A DNA stretch of 64,000 bases from a virus (IMGVR_UViG_3300027746_000697:32001-96000); one strand, 5' to 3'. Positions 1 to 10,905 are shown, numbered from the stretch's first letter. The notes: generated from the sequence alone by a model not told the origin. Program-made: numbers and translations.

Positions 1-1
1 T

Positions 2-121
2 CTCAAAGACGATTTCAACGGAGTGCCCTACATATCTGGTCTTGACGAACTTATGGAGCAGAGGTTTGCTGTGTTTGTCACAGAAGGGAAAAATCGAAAC
101 ATTGTTTTTCATCAAAAGTAA
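2..121 (+). CDS. 3' end of hypothetical protein (truncated at window start)
   Basis: Open frame LKDDFNGVPYISGLDE...IVFHQK ending in TAA at 119-121. Confidence 0.6.
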   Translation, partial: LKDDFNGVPYISGLDELMEQRFAVFVTEGKNRNIVFHQK

Positions 122-221
122 TAAATACTGTTAGTAAAATCAATACACTAATAGGCTCACTGACAGGCAATTAATCATACACTGGGAACAAGCCCGGACA
201 CATTAATTCATAACCTCAAGG

Positions 222-668
222 ATGAGCCCAATAATGGCTGTTAAAGAAACTGCACGATCAATACAAGCACAAATGTCCACGTTGCCAGAGCGTGTGGCAG
301 TAGTTGAAACTAAAGTAGATGCCATGATTGTCTGTATTGAGTCTATCAAAGACTCTCAAAAAGACATTCGAGCCGATGTAAAAGACATGCACGACTGTTT
401 GGACAACACCCGTGAAATGCTGGCAGACAAGCTGGAAAAAATGCAGGAAGAATATCGTGCCAACAGTAGTAAGTTTTTTGAACACGCTGAAAAGCTACAT
501 GCAGAAGATATAGCTACAGATGAGAAGTTAGCTGGTAAAATAGCCGAATTAGAAAAAGTCAAAAGCAAATTTACAATGTATGCCATGGCCGCACTGGCAT
601 TTGCCGCTGGCACAGGTTGGCTCAACTCAGTTCAGTTCCCACACTTATTAAAGTTTCTTGGCTTGTGA
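222..668 (+). CDS. coiled-coil protein with C-terminal hydrophobic anchor (hypothetical; start may be 234 or 273)
   Basis: ORF track; heptad-like charged body, hydrophobic tail MYAMAALAFAAGTGW. Confidence 0.6.
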   Translation: MSPIMAVKETARSIQAQMSTLPERVAVVETKVDAMIVCIESIKDSQKDIRADVKDMHDCLDNTREMLADKLEKMQEEYRANSSKFFEHAEKLHAEDIATDEKLAGKIAELEKVKSKFTMYAMAALAFAAGTGWLNSVQFPHLLKFLGL

Positions 669-687
669 TTCTGTTAAATACAGTACC

Positions 688-1395
688 ATGTATGCTAACG
701 AAACTCACTCAGACCTTGCACCCACTCACAATCAGCTGAATCCCAGCCTGTGGGACGGCACTGAACTCAAACTGGAAATTCGTTATAAACTGCTACAAAT
801 TGCCAAGCACTTTATAGACTACATCAATATACCCAATTTAGATCTTACTGACATTACTATCAGCGGCAGTAATGCTAGTTTTGGTTATAGTAAGCACAGC
901 GACATAGATCTACACTTGATAGCCAACATGCCCAAGGATCACTCAGATCTCAAAGAGCTATTCAATGCTAAGAAGAATCAATACAACAGTACATACCGCA
1001 TCACACTCAAAGATATACCTGTAGAAGTATATGTACAAGATGCCGCAGAGCCGCATCACAGTGCAGGCATTTTCAGTGTGTTGGACAGCAAGTGGTTAAG
1101 CGAGCCCAAAGAGCTAACACCCAATGTAGACCCAAAAGAGATTAAAAAGAAAGCCCGCAACTACTCTGGAAAGATAAACCAATCATTACGATCAAACGAC
1201 TTAAATACTGCAAAGGAAACAATGGATCATATCTATCGTTTACGCAAAGCTGGCTTGGAAGCTGGCGGCGAATACAGCATTGAGAATTTGGCATTTAAGC
1301 TATTGCGTTCCAGGGGACAAATAGACAAACTGCGCAAGCGCATTGATCACTTACAAAGCAAACAACTAAGCCTCGGGGAACAAGATGAAGATTAA
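688..1395 (+). CDS. Pol-beta-superfamily nucleotidyltransferase-like protein
   Basis: GS...DxD motif (ISGSNASFGYSKHSDIDLH) plus third acidic strand VEVYVQD; TAAATA motif just upstream of ATG 688. Confidence 0.7.
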   Translation: MYANETHSDLAPTHNQLNPSLWDGTELKLEIRYKLLQIAKHFIDYINIPNLDLTDITISGSNASFGYSKHSDIDLHLIANMPKDHSDLKELFNAKKNQYNSTYRITLKDIPVEVYVQDAAEPHHSAGIFSVLDSKWLSEPKELTPNVDPKEIKKKARNYSGKINQSLRSNDLNTAKETMDHIYRLRKAGLEAGGEYSIENLAFKLLRSRGQIDKLRKRIDHLQSKQLSLGEQDED

Positions 1396-2197
1396 AGATA
1401 TTCTAGAACATAAAAAAGGTCACAGAGCCAAGCTCTATACTAAAAAGCCACAACAACAAACCACTAAACCAGGTATGCCTCAAGTGGATGTCAATGAAGA
1501 TGGCGAGGCGTACAAAGTTATGCAAAACGATCCAACCAAAGGATTGACTTTGGCCAAGCCCGATGGCACACAACTTATTCTTCCTCCGGAGAAGATGGCT
1601 TCAGTAATGGCTGACCCAACTGACCCAAACAAATTCACTATGAATCCAGATGCAGTTGCGGACACACAGACTGATCCTAACAAACCAATGGGTCCTGAAG
1701 TGGGCAAAGAGGTTGAAATTGCGGCCGCAGAAGATATCGGCGCTCACGACGACATGGGAGATGACTTTATCAAAGACGTCAGTGTGAAACCACATGTAAG
1801 TGGTAGTTACAATTACGAAAACCAAGACGACAGTTTCAGTATGACTCCTGAAGAGTTCATGACTGGGCTTGCACAAACAGCACGTGAGAACGATACAGAT
1901 CTAAGCCCAAATGACATGGAGTCCGCAAAGAAGTTTATAGTTCCTGATGGTCAAGGCAATGTTGACTTAGTGTTAACTATGCAAAAAATGTCCAAGGCGT
2001 TTGACAATCCAGAATTTTTAAAGATGATTGACGACTTAAAAGCAATGGTAGGCGATGCACCTGATGTGCCTACAAGTCAACAGCCATCAGATAGACCCAC
2101 TTCAATCAAACCAGTAACACCAAGTGCAGACACAGCATCTAGACAAGCTGATGACGAGTTGTTAGAAAAAATGAGAACCATCGCAGGATTGAGATAA
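1385..2197 (+). CDS. hypothetical acidic protein, putative virion/internal head protein
   Basis: ORF track; N-terminus MKIKDILE resembles those of neighbouring genes. Confidence 0.6.
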   Translation: MKIKDILEHKKGHRAKLYTKKPQQQTTKPGMPQVDVNEDGEAYKVMQNDPTKGLTLAKPDGTQLILPPEKMASVMADPTDPNKFTMNPDAVADTQTDPNKPMGPEVGKEVEIAAAEDIGAHDDMGDDFIKDVSVKPHVSGSYNYENQDDSFSMTPEEFMTGLAQTARENDTDLSPNDMESAKKFIVPDGQGNVDLVLTMQKMSKAFDNPEFLKMIDDLKAMVGDAPDVPTSQQPSDRPTSIKPVTPSADTASRQADDELLEKMRTIAGLR

Positions 2198-2460
2198 TGA
2201 AAATCAACGAAATACTTAAAGAAAACGATCCAACCGCACAAATAGCGGCAGATGCCCAGGCTATGGGACAAGCATTCAAATCCGGACAAATGGCTCCTAA
2301 ACAATTTGCTCCTGGTGAGATTAGTCTTTCACAGATATTTTCTCATCCTAAGTTTCGAGAAACTGTTGGACAGATGCATAAAAAATATCCTAATAATCAA
2401 GATCAAGCACAAAGAGCCGCGGAAGAAGTTATTAAAGGTTTAATTAGGCAAGGGCAGTAA
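2197..2460 (+). CDS. hypothetical protein, putative internal head protein
   Basis: TAATG coupling with upstream gene; N-terminus MKINEILKE. Confidence 0.6.
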   Translation: MKINEILKENDPTAQIAADAQAMGQAFKSGQMAPKQFAPGEISLSQIFSHPKFRETVGQMHKKYPNNQDQAQRAAEEVIKGLIRQGQ

Positions 2461-2714
2461 TGAAAATTAGTGAACTTTTAGACGGTTACGAACATAGTCC
2501 AAAGAACGAAAAGATATACAGCCTGCTTGACGGTTTTGATATATGGACTACTAACGAAGAGGCCAAACTATTAGCCCGTCTAAAAGAACCTGTTAAACTT
2601 AGCCAGCTGAGCGAGCAGGATCAATTCAAAGTTCAGGTCATGATACGCAAGAGTTTGATAACTAAAATAGGAATGAACGATCCTAGTGTAGTTGCAAATG
2701 AAAAAATCACATAA
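2460..2714 (+). CDS. hypothetical protein
   Basis: TAATG coupling; N-terminus MKISELL. Confidence 0.6.
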   Translation: MKISELLDGYEHSPKNEKIYSLLDGFDIWTTNEEAKLLARLKEPVKLSQLSEQDQFKVQVMIRKSLITKIGMNDPSVVANEKIT

Positions 2715-3153
2715 ACCTAAACCTAAATTTATTAAAGAACTCGTCGAACATTTTGATGTTGATCTTAACAAATCTCTGCCTATAAGCATACAGCCCAACG
2801 GCGATATTGTTTACAAAGATTACGTAATTAAATTAAACAAATTTAAGAACTGGGCTTTGCACTACAAATCCGGCCCAATTATAGAGCAGTTTTATCTTAA
2901 AACTTGTGCTCTTATGGCCGCAAGAGCATACCATCGGTTGGACCTTAACAAATTCAACAGTATCAAGCAATTAGACAGACACTATTGGTCGCACTATTGT
3001 GACACACTGGTGTTTAAAAACAACATTGCCAACAAAGCCATAGACTACGATAGATATTTGATACTGTTAAATAAGTTAGAATACAGCCAAGATAAGTCAG
3101 ATTTTTACAAAAATCAAATATCGCAGTCTTTTAAATGGACTTTCGCCAGCTGA
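2698..3153 (+). CDS. hypothetical protein
   Basis: ORF track, overlaps upstream gene in operon-like arrangement. Confidence 0.6.
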   Translation: MKKSHKPKPKFIKELVEHFDVDLNKSLPISIQPNGDIVYKDYVIKLNKFKNWALHYKSGPIIEQFYLKTCALMAARAYHRLDLNKFNSIKQLDRHYWSHYCDTLVFKNNIANKAIDYDRYLILLNKLEYSQDKSDFYKNQISQSFKWTFAS

Positions 3154-3192
3154 AAAGTATAAATACACAATAAGATATCTTAGGACGCCATC

Positions 3193-4191
3193 ATGCAAAT
3201 TAGAGAATTATCAAAACCTGTTACAAGCTCAAGACTTAACGAAAGTTTGGCTAAAAACTTTGGATACAAATTGAAACTGGAACAGTTCAACGATATTCAA
3301 CTTTCAGACGTGCAAAACAAACTACGCACTGAAATGAGCCAACTTGAAATGAATGAAAGTTTTGACTCGTTGAGTGGTAGCCCAGCTTACCAAAAGACTC
3401 GTGCTTTGCTTGACGTTATCAATCAAGAAATCATGGAGCGTGAAGAAGGCAAATGCGGCGATTGCCATAAGAGTCCATGTGCATGTGATATTGATGAATC
3501 TCAAGACGAAGAAACAACAATGAAAAAACAAAAGAAAAATGAAAGTGTTAACCAATACAGAGCAAATGCAATTGGTCAAAGAGCCCGTGGCTTTTCAGTA
3601 CCACAAAGTTGGATCAATGGCGCAATCAATAGAATCCATTTAGGTGAAAGTGACAATGCTGAACTCAAAGCAGAACTATCTATTCGTTACGACTTAACAG
3701 AATCACAAGCAAGTTATATTCTTGCTGAAGGCGAGGAAGACAAGGCCGAAATCATCATGGCTACAAAAGACATGGTAGACCGTATCACAGGCTGGCTAGA
3801 AGATGTAGCCGCAATGAAAGCAGAACAACTGCTTGAACTAATGGACTCTATAAGAGAAACCCAAGGAAGTGATGTTGCACAACAATATCAAGATGCAGTC
3901 AAACCTGCATTAGAGGCAATTTACACAGCATTAGAAACTTCAAGAACCGGTCTATCAACAGGCTTATCATTAGTGTCAGGCGGAGAAGCTCCAACCATGG
4001 GCGCACCGGCAGCACCAGCAGGTGGTTTACCATCCATGGGTGGTGATGCAATGGCAGGCATGGCCGCTGACATGTCAGGCGCCGCACCAGCAGAAGCAAC
4101 TCCTCCAGCACCAGAAGTAGGCAGAGAAAAAAGAGAAAGCATTGACTACAGCCGTAAGTTAGGCATGTTGTTGGCTTCAAAAAAAAAATAA
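3193..4191 (+). CDS. hypothetical structural/scaffold-like protein; possible -1 frameshift extension to 4541
   Basis: TATAAATA at 3158-3165; acidic helical protein with Pro/Ala linker; ends in a 10-A run. Confidence 0.65.
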   Translation: MQIRELSKPVTSSRLNESLAKNFGYKLKLEQFNDIQLSDVQNKLRTEMSQLEMNESFDSLSGSPAYQKTRALLDVINQEIMEREEGKCGDCHKSPCACDIDESQDEETTMKKQKKNESVNQYRANAIGQRARGFSVPQSWINGAINRIHLGESDNAELKAELSIRYDLTESQASYILAEGEEDKAEIIMATKDMVDRITGWLEDVAAMKAEQLLELMDSIRETQGSDVAQQYQDAVKPALEAIYTALETSRTGLSTGLSLVSGGEAPTMGAPAAPAGGLPSMGGDAMAGMAADMSGAAPAEATPPAPEVGREKRESIDYSRKLGMLLASKKK

Positions 4192-4208
4192 TTGAGAACA
4201 TAGAACCC

Positions 4209-4541
4209 TTGGAGCGTATCCTTTGGGTTCTTCAATCAGACGCAAACAATCAAGGCCCCAACGGTATTGAAGGCAATCTTCGATGGGACACTATAAACAC
4301 TGAACTGGCCAACAGAGACATGCCCACATTAGGCGACAATGATGCAGAAGCATATGATGCGTTCAGTGCTCGCTGGGATGATCCGCAAGAAGGCCCGCTA
4401 CTAAAAAAATTCATAGATAGATTTGATGGCCAAGGCGTTGTATTAAAAACCAATAATCAAGAAGACAGACAGCAACAAGGCGGCGAACCAACCGGCGAAG
4501 TTGAAAAAATGGCTAAACGTGCAACCAAATTAGGCAAATAA
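4209..4541 (+). CDS. hypothetical protein (likely the -1 frameshift continuation of 3193..4191)
   Basis: Only a TTG start and no clear RBS; frame is open back to the A10 run at 4179-4188. Confidence 0.55.
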   Translation: MERILWVLQSDANNQGPNGIEGNLRWDTINTELANRDMPTLGDNDAEAYDAFSARWDDPQEGPLLKKFIDRFDGQGVVLKTNNQEDRQQQGGEPTGEVEKMAKRATKLGK

Positions 4542-4544
4542 ACA

Positions 4545-4573
4545 TTGACACCCAGGGTTGTATAACGTATAAT
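4545..4573 (+). promoter_or_regulatory. sigma70-type promoter
   Basis: TTGACA-17 nt-TATAAT exact consensus. Confidence 0.8.
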
Positions 4574-4580
4574 ACGCTAT

Positions 4581-5297
4581 ATGACTCTATTAACTGAAAG
4601 ATATGACTACACTCCCTTAAACAGAGAAAGTGTAGAAGGCAAGCGTTTATACGCAACACCAGACGGTGGCAAACTGCCCAGCGTTACCACAATCCTAGAC
4701 AAAACTAAACCAGCAGAAAAAGTTGCGGCCTTACAAGCATGGCGCAGAGCTGTGGGTGAAAAGAAAGCCACTGAGATTGTTACTGAAGCCGCAAGCCGTG
4801 GCACACGTATGCACAAATACTTGGAAGACTACATTGTGCAAGGCACACTTAATGATCCAGGCTCAAACCCATACAGTGTGCAAAGCCATAAGATGGCTCA
4901 ACACATCATCGAGCACGGACTCAAAAACGTCAACGAAGTATGGGGTGTTGAAGTTGGCCTATACTACCCTGGTTTATATGCGGGAACTACTGATTGTGTG
5001 GGACTTCACTTGGGTGAAGGTGCTATCATGGATCATAAGCAATCCAACAAGCCAAAAAAAGACGAGTGGATTGAAGACTACTATTTACAAATGGTTGCTT
5101 ACGCTCTAGCACACAACAAAGTACACGGCACTAACATACAAAAAGGTGTAGTGTTTATGTGCGTTAAACCGCCCGAAATCAAGCCTATGACCTGGGGAGA
5201 ACCAGCATACCAGGAGTTTATCTTAACACCGGATAAATTTGGGCATTGGGAAAAACAATGGTGGAATAGGGTTGAGCAGTACTATAACCAGAACTGA
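4581..5297 (+). CDS. PD-(D/E)XK exonuclease (Cas4/MGME1-like phage exonuclease)
   Basis: LPSVTTIL, RGTRMH, YAGTTDC, IMDHKQS, QMVAYALA motifs. Confidence 0.8.
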   Translation: MTLLTERYDYTPLNRESVEGKRLYATPDGGKLPSVTTILDKTKPAEKVAALQAWRRAVGEKKATEIVTEAASRGTRMHKYLEDYIVQGTLNDPGSNPYSVQSHKMAQHIIEHGLKNVNEVWGVEVGLYYPGLYAGTTDCVGLHLGEGAIMDHKQSNKPKKDEWIEDYYLQMVAYALAHNKVHGTNIQKGVVFMCVKPPEIKPMTWGEPAYQEFILTPDKFGHWEKQWWNRVEQYYNQN

Positions 5298-5324
5298 TAA
5301 ATATTCTATATAGAGGATATTCTC

Positions 5325-7244
5325 ATGGCTGTGGTACAAATTAGTCGGATTCAGGTTCGACGCGGAAGAATTAATAGTGGCACTGGACTGCCTCAATTGG
5401 CGTCAGGTGAAATGGCATGGGCCATTGATAGTCAAGAACTGTACATTGGAAACGGCGCAGTTAGTGAAGGGGCGCCAGCAGTTGGCAATACCAAGGTTCT
5501 TACTCAAAAAGATCTTGAGACGCAATTCAACATTCTCAACACCATCAAGCACATTTACCATGCTACTGATTCCAGTATAGTCACAGGCCCTACAGCAAAT
5601 AATCCCACCACACGGTTATTACAAGATAAGTTAGATGATTTAGTATCCGCATACGATTTTGGTGTTACAGGCAACGGTGTTGCTGACGACACAGTTGCAC
5701 TACAACGTGCTATCAATCAGTTATTTTTAAACCCCACTACTAAATCTTCAGGCACATCGGTCATTGCCAAACGAACTAGAGTAACATTAGCGTTACAACC
5801 TGGCGTGTACAATATTTCATCCACACTGTATGTTCCTGCATACGCAAGCATAGTTGGTGCTGGCTCAGATAAAACTTTTATATATTACAATCCAGTGTCC
5901 ACAGTTACAGGTGCTACTATCAACGGACAAAATATTTTAACTACCACCGGAGCAACTCTTCGCATGGTTGGAGCACTGATAACAGGCAACGGTATTCCTG
6001 TTGGTGCCAGCATTGTCAGCGTTGTTGCAGGAGTCAGTGTGACCTTGAGTGCAAATGCCACAGTTACACAAACTGCTGTTGCATTTACTGTTACCCTGAC
6101 CAAGTCTGCTGTGGAGTTTGTCAATGACACTTCGACCATTGGCAATCCATCGCTGATAGCAACAACTACCAATACCAACCAACCACGCGGCATACAATTG
6201 GAAGGCATGACTATCCATGCACCAACAGGAAAAAATGGATGCCTAACATTAAACTGTGTTAAAGACAGTAAATTTGTAGATTTAAATTTGCAAGGCGATT
6301 GGGCCGGTGTAGTAAATACCAAAAACATTGGCATTGCATTAAACAGTTTTAGTAGTTTGGTTACTTGTTCTGCTAACTTGTTTAAAGATATTCGATTTGT
6401 AAACTTTACCTACGCAGTATATGCAAAACAAGATATCATTGATAACACTTTTGAAAATTGTTTCTTTGATAACGGTTATCAAAGTTTTGTGTTGGGTGAA
6501 GGAGTCAACCCATCATTGAATATTGTTGGATCGTTGTATGGTCCACGAAATACCAACATTATTAATTGCAGATTTAACAACATTAAAAGACATGCTGTTT
6601 ATTTGGATGTTGGAACAAACAACACCACTAGAAATTGCATATACAAAAACGTAGGCAATGACGGCGGCACTGATAGTTTAAGTGCTGTCTATCCTCAGAT
6701 ATACTTTGCCACGCATGGTAACGCAAGTGTTAGTGATATATCAGATAGACATGGAGAGATGGCAACTTCATTAAATTTAACAGTAAAATATGTGCCTGAG
6801 TATGCTGGGCATGGTTCATATACTCCACAAACTTTTAAACGAATAACTTTGGGTTATAGAACCACTGCTGATTTGGCATTTAGATTGCCGTGTTCAACTG
6901 ATTCGTTTGGTGTTCCTGTAGAAAGTATTTTACATCACATTGATTATTTTTACAAAAGCACAGCACAAAACTTTACTAGACAAGGCACTATAAAAATTGT
7001 AGCAGACATTATCAATGCAAAAATTCAATTGAGCGACGAATACAATTTTGCAGGTACTGATCCATCCGGTAGTAACCAAATGTTGCTAGATTTTACTGCC
7101 AAATTTCTTGATGCCACAGGCGCAGTGTATACTGGTGCGGCAGGGCAAGTTCCATCGTCTATTGGAATTTATTACACCAATCTTGCTTGGGGAAGCCAAA
7201 CTGATCAAGGTTACTTTAACTACTCATATTCAAGTATTTTATAA
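5325..7244 (+). CDS. tail/baseplate-associated protein with pectate-lyase-like beta-helix
   Basis: N-terminal QISRIQVRRG...LPQLASGEMAW; DFGVTGNGVADDTVALQRAI beta-helix cap; TAAATA upstream. Confidence 0.7.
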   Translation: MAVVQISRIQVRRGRINSGTGLPQLASGEMAWAIDSQELYIGNGAVSEGAPAVGNTKVLTQKDLETQFNILNTIKHIYHATDSSIVTGPTANNPTTRLLQDKLDDLVSAYDFGVTGNGVADDTVALQRAINQLFLNPTTKSSGTSVIAKRTRVTLALQPGVYNISSTLYVPAYASIVGAGSDKTFIYYNPVSTVTGATINGQNILTTTGATLRMVGALITGNGIPVGASIVSVVAGVSVTLSANATVTQTAVAFTVTLTKSAVEFVNDTSTIGNPSLIATTTNTNQPRGIQLEGMTIHAPTGKNGCLTLNCVKDSKFVDLNLQGDWAGVVNTKNIGIALNSFSSLVTCSANLFKDIRFVNFTYAVYAKQDIIDNTFENCFFDNGYQSFVLGEGVNPSLNIVGSLYGPRNTNIINCRFNNIKRHAVYLDVGTNNTTRNCIYKNVGNDGGTDSLSAVYPQIYFATHGNASVSDISDRHGEMATSLNLTVKYVPEYAGHGSYTPQTFKRITLGYRTTADLAFRLPCSTDSFGVPVESILHHIDYFYKSTAQNFTRQGTIKIVADIINAKIQLSDEYNFAGTDPSGSNQMLLDFTAKFLDATGAVYTGAAGQVPSSIGIYYTNLAWGSQTDQGYFNYSYSSIL

Positions 7245-7462
7245 ACCAAATATTTCCACCGTTGGGCTAGACAAGTTTAAAAAATGCGTATATAATTTAG
7301 TTTACGCTAATGATAAGGACTTTGCTAGCCCATCATCGTTTTGTTAACACCGCAAAACCCGCATAAATTGGTGTTTATGAAGAAGAATATTTGAACGCGA
7401 TTTTGCCACTAAATACTTCCTCATAAGGTTAATTACAAGATGAATGGTAGGTTTCGACAACA

Positions 7463-9808
7463 ATGAATAAAATTACAGTAATAAAAAGAAACGGTGATAG
7501 AGAACCGTTAACAATTGAAAAATGGCAAGCCCAAGTAGCAAAGGTCTGTAAGAGCATAGCTGACGTTAGTCAGAGTATGATAGAAATCAAAGCACAACCT
7601 CACTTTTATGATGGCATCACCACAGAAGAAATTGACGGTATCACGCTTAGAGCAATTGTGGATCTTATTGACGTGGAAAACAATCCAGACGTTGGACATG
7701 TTAATTATCAATATGTCGCAGGCAAACAGCGACTCAGCATGTTGCGTAAAGATGTTTACGGTAGCTACGCAGTTCCAGAACTTTTTGGTATTGTGCAACG
7801 TAATGTGGCAACTGGATTATACACAAGTGAATTACTTGAATGGTACAGTGAAGAAGATTGGAATCGAATGGACGAAATGCTGGATCACGAAAAAGATGAA
7901 CAGTATTCATATGCGGCCATTGAACAGTTGATTGAAAAGTATCTAGTAAAGAATCGTAGTACTAAACAAACTTACGAAACTCCACAAATTAGATATATGA
8001 TTGCAGCCGCAACAATCTTTCATAAAGAAGAGCCAAACAGTGCTCGAATGAAATATATCAAGGAGTATTATAATGCCGCAAGTGACGGACTATTTACGTT
8101 GGCCACGCCAGTGTTGGCAGGGCTTGGTACGCCTACTAAGCAATTTAGTAGTTGTGTGCTTATTCGCTCGGATGATGATTTGGACAGTATTTTCGCGTCA
8201 GGCGAAATGATGGCCAAGTATGCCAGCAAACGTGCTGGCATTGGTTTAGAGATTGGACGTTTACGCCCATTAGGCAGTCCCATCAGAGGTGGTGAGATTA
8301 TGCACACAGGTATGATACCGTTCCTGAAAAAATGGTTCGGAGATTTGCGTTCATGTTCACAAGGAGGTATCCGCAATGCTAGTGCTACTGTATTCTATCC
8401 TATTTGGCATCTTCAGTTTGATGATCTTATTGTGCTTAAGAACAACCAAGGAACAGAAGAAACCCGAGTCCGTCATATGGATTATGGGGTTGTGCTTAGT
8501 GCTTTCTTCTGGAGACGATTTAAAAACAAAGAACAAATAACATTCTTTGATCCCAACGAAGTTCCAGACTTGTATGAAGCATTTTATAAAAACACTGAGT
8601 TGTTCGAAGAGCTGTATGTCAAGTATGAAAAACAAAAAGGTCTTCGTAAGAAGACCATGAGTGCTGAAGAAGTATTCAAGAGTGGCATACTGAAAGAGCG
8701 TACTGATACTGGTCGTATCTATCTAGTGTTTATTGACAATGTACAGAACCAAGGACCATTTGATCCCGAGTATCATACAATTTACCAGAGTAACCTATGC
8801 TGTGAAATACTATTACCTACTAAGTCTTTTAAGCGTCTCGATGATGCTGATGGTCGCATCGCTTTATGCACTCTTGGTTCTATCAACTGGGGAGCCTTCC
8901 GTAACCCAGAAGACATGCGCCGGGCTTGTCGCATTTTGCAACGTAGTCTGTGCAACATACTTGATTACCAAGACTTCCTAAGCATACAAAGCAAACTAAG
9001 CAATGATGAAATCCAACCATTGGGCATTGGTGTCACTAACTTGGCCTACTGGCACGCCAAGCGTGGGCACAAGTATGGCGAGAAAGATGCACTACAAGAT
9101 GTCAAAGCATGGATGGAGCATCAAGCATTTTATCTAACAGAAGCCACAGTTGAACTGGCTCGAGAACGTGGCCCTTGTACTACCAGTCAACACACACGTT
9201 ACGGTCAAGGCATATTCCCCTGGGAATTACGAGCAAAGGGTGTTAATGACTTAGCAGACTTTACTCCAGAACTTGATTGGGAAACATTACGTACTAATAT
9301 GAAACAGTACGGTGTTCGCAATGCCACACTAATGGCCATTGCCCCAGTCGAAAGCTCAAGTGTTGTTATAAACAGCACTAATGGAATTGAGTTGCCCATG
9401 AGCTTGATCTCAGTTAAAGAAAGCAAAGCAGGATCATTTGTACAAGTTGTTCCTGAATACCATAAACTTAAAAACAAATATCAACTCATGTGGGATCAAA
9501 AAGACTGTGATGGCTACTTAAAAACCAGTGCAGTACTTGCGGCTTATGTTGATCAAAGCATCAGCACCAATACGTTTTATAATCCAGCACACTTTGCAGA
9601 TCGTAAAGTACCAACCACACTGATTGCCAAAAACTTGATGCAGGCACACATGTGGGGATTGAAAACATTCTACTACAGTTTGATCAACAAGCAAGGCAGT
9701 AAACAAGTTGCTGAGATTGCTCCTGAACAAACACAAGTAAACGGAGTTCAAGTGAATGGCTATCACTTTGATGAACTTGAGGACGACTGTGAGGCATGCA
9801 AACTATGA
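7463..9808 (+). CDS. nrdA: ribonucleoside-diphosphate reductase alpha subunit (class Ia) with ATP cone
   Basis: VIKRNG ATP cone, FSSCVLI, QSNLCCEI, GLKTFYY, C-terminal CEACKL. Confidence 0.95.
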   Translation: MNKITVIKRNGDREPLTIEKWQAQVAKVCKSIADVSQSMIEIKAQPHFYDGITTEEIDGITLRAIVDLIDVENNPDVGHVNYQYVAGKQRLSMLRKDVYGSYAVPELFGIVQRNVATGLYTSELLEWYSEEDWNRMDEMLDHEKDEQYSYAAIEQLIEKYLVKNRSTKQTYETPQIRYMIAAATIFHKEEPNSARMKYIKEYYNAASDGLFTLATPVLAGLGTPTKQFSSCVLIRSDDDLDSIFASGEMMAKYASKRAGIGLEIGRLRPLGSPIRGGEIMHTGMIPFLKKWFGDLRSCSQGGIRNASATVFYPIWHLQFDDLIVLKNNQGTEETRVRHMDYGVVLSAFFWRRFKNKEQITFFDPNEVPDLYEAFYKNTELFEELYVKYEKQKGLRKKTMSAEEVFKSGILKERTDTGRIYLVFIDNVQNQGPFDPEYHTIYQSNLCCEILLPTKSFKRLDDADGRIALCTLGSINWGAFRNPEDMRRACRILQRSLCNILDYQDFLSIQSKLSNDEIQPLGIGVTNLAYWHAKRGHKYGEKDALQDVKAWMEHQAFYLTEATVELARERGPCTTSQHTRYGQGIFPWELRAKGVNDLADFTPELDWETLRTNMKQYGVRNATLMAIAPVESSSVVINSTNGIELPMSLISVKESKAGSFVQVVPEYHKLKNKYQLMWDQKDCDGYLKTSAVLAAYVDQSISTNTFYNPAHFADRKVPTTLIAKNLMQAHMWGLKTFYYSLINKQGSKQVAEIAPEQTQVNGVQVNGYHFDELEDDCEACKL

Positions 9809-10905
9809 GTAAAGCACAATACAATTTAAACACCAAGACAGACTATCTTAATCGCAAGATGTTTTTGGACCCAGCTGGTCCTGTAACTATTCAACGATTT
9901 GAAGAAGTCAAATACAAAAAGATTGCAGACTTTGAAGCCACAGCACGTGGTTTCTTTTGGCAACCAGAAGAGATCAGTCTTACTAAAGATTCAAATGATT
10001 TCAAAGATGCCAGCGAAGCAATCAAACATATCTTTACCAGCAACCTGCTACGTCAAACAGCATTGGACAGCTTGCAAGGTCGCGGCCCAAGTCAAATCTT
10101 TATGCCAGTAATCAGTTTGCCTGAACTAGAAGCATTGGTGTACAACTGGACATTCTTTGAAACCAACATTCATTCAAAAAGCTACAGCCATATCATTCGC
10201 AATATTTATAATGTGCCCAAAGATGTGTTCAACACCATCCATGACACACAAGAAATTGTTGACATGGCCAGTTCAGTGGGCGACTACTACGAAGCACTAC
10301 ATGTGGTCAACTGCCGTAAACAGCTAGGCGAGGCAGTTACTGAAAAAGAACATATCCGAGCAATCTACATGGCACTACATGCCAGTTATGCGTTGGAAGC
10401 ATTCCGCTTTATGGTTAGCTTTGCTACCAGCTTGGCCATGGTAGAGAACAAAATCTTCATTGGCAACGGCAACATTATCAGTTTGATTCTGCAAGACGAA
10501 CTGCTACACAAAGGCTGGACAGCTTATTTGATCAATCAAGTAGTCAAAGAGGACACTAGGTTTGCCGAAATCAAAGCAGAATGCGAACAAGAAGTGTATA
10601 ATTTGTACATGGATGTTATACGCGAAGAAAAAGAGTGGGCCACTTACTTGTTTAAAATGGGGCCGGTGATTGGACTCAACGCAAATATCTTACGCGACTT
10701 TGTGGACTACACCGCGGTGGATGCTCTTAAACAGATTGGTATCAAGTACAACAACCCAGCACCAAAGTCAACTCCAATACCGTGGTTCAACAAGCATACA
10801 GATACCAGTAAGAAACAAACAGCACTACAGGAAAGCGAAAGCACAAACTACGTTATCGGAGTAATGAGTGAAGCATTAGACTACGATGACTTGCCAGCAT
10901 TATAA
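9805..10905 (+). CDS. nrdB: ribonucleoside-diphosphate reductase beta subunit
   Basis: FFWQPEEI, ETNIHSKSYSHI, LEAFRFMVSF, DELLH di-iron motifs. Confidence 0.95.
   Translation: MSKAQYNLNTKTDYLNRKMFLDPAGPVTIQRFEEVKYKKIADFEATARGFFWQPEEISLTKDSNDFKDASEAIKHIFTSNLLRQTALDSLQGRGPSQIFMPVISLPELEALVYNWTFFETNIHSKSYSHIIRNIYNVPKDVFNTIHDTQEIVDMASSVGDYYEALHVVNCRKQLGEAVTEKEHIRAIYMALHASYALEAFRFMVSFATSLAMVENKIFIGNGNIISLILQDELLHKGWTAYLINQVVKEDTRFAEIKAECEQEVYNLYMDVIREEKEWATYLFKMGPVIGLNANILRDFVDYTAVDALKQIGIKYNNPAPKSTPIPWFNKHTDTSKKQTALQESESTNYVIGVMSEALDYDDLPAL

Noticed and set aside
7463-10905. Intron or intein in nrdA/nrdB
   Set aside because: Both have normal length and continuous motifs.
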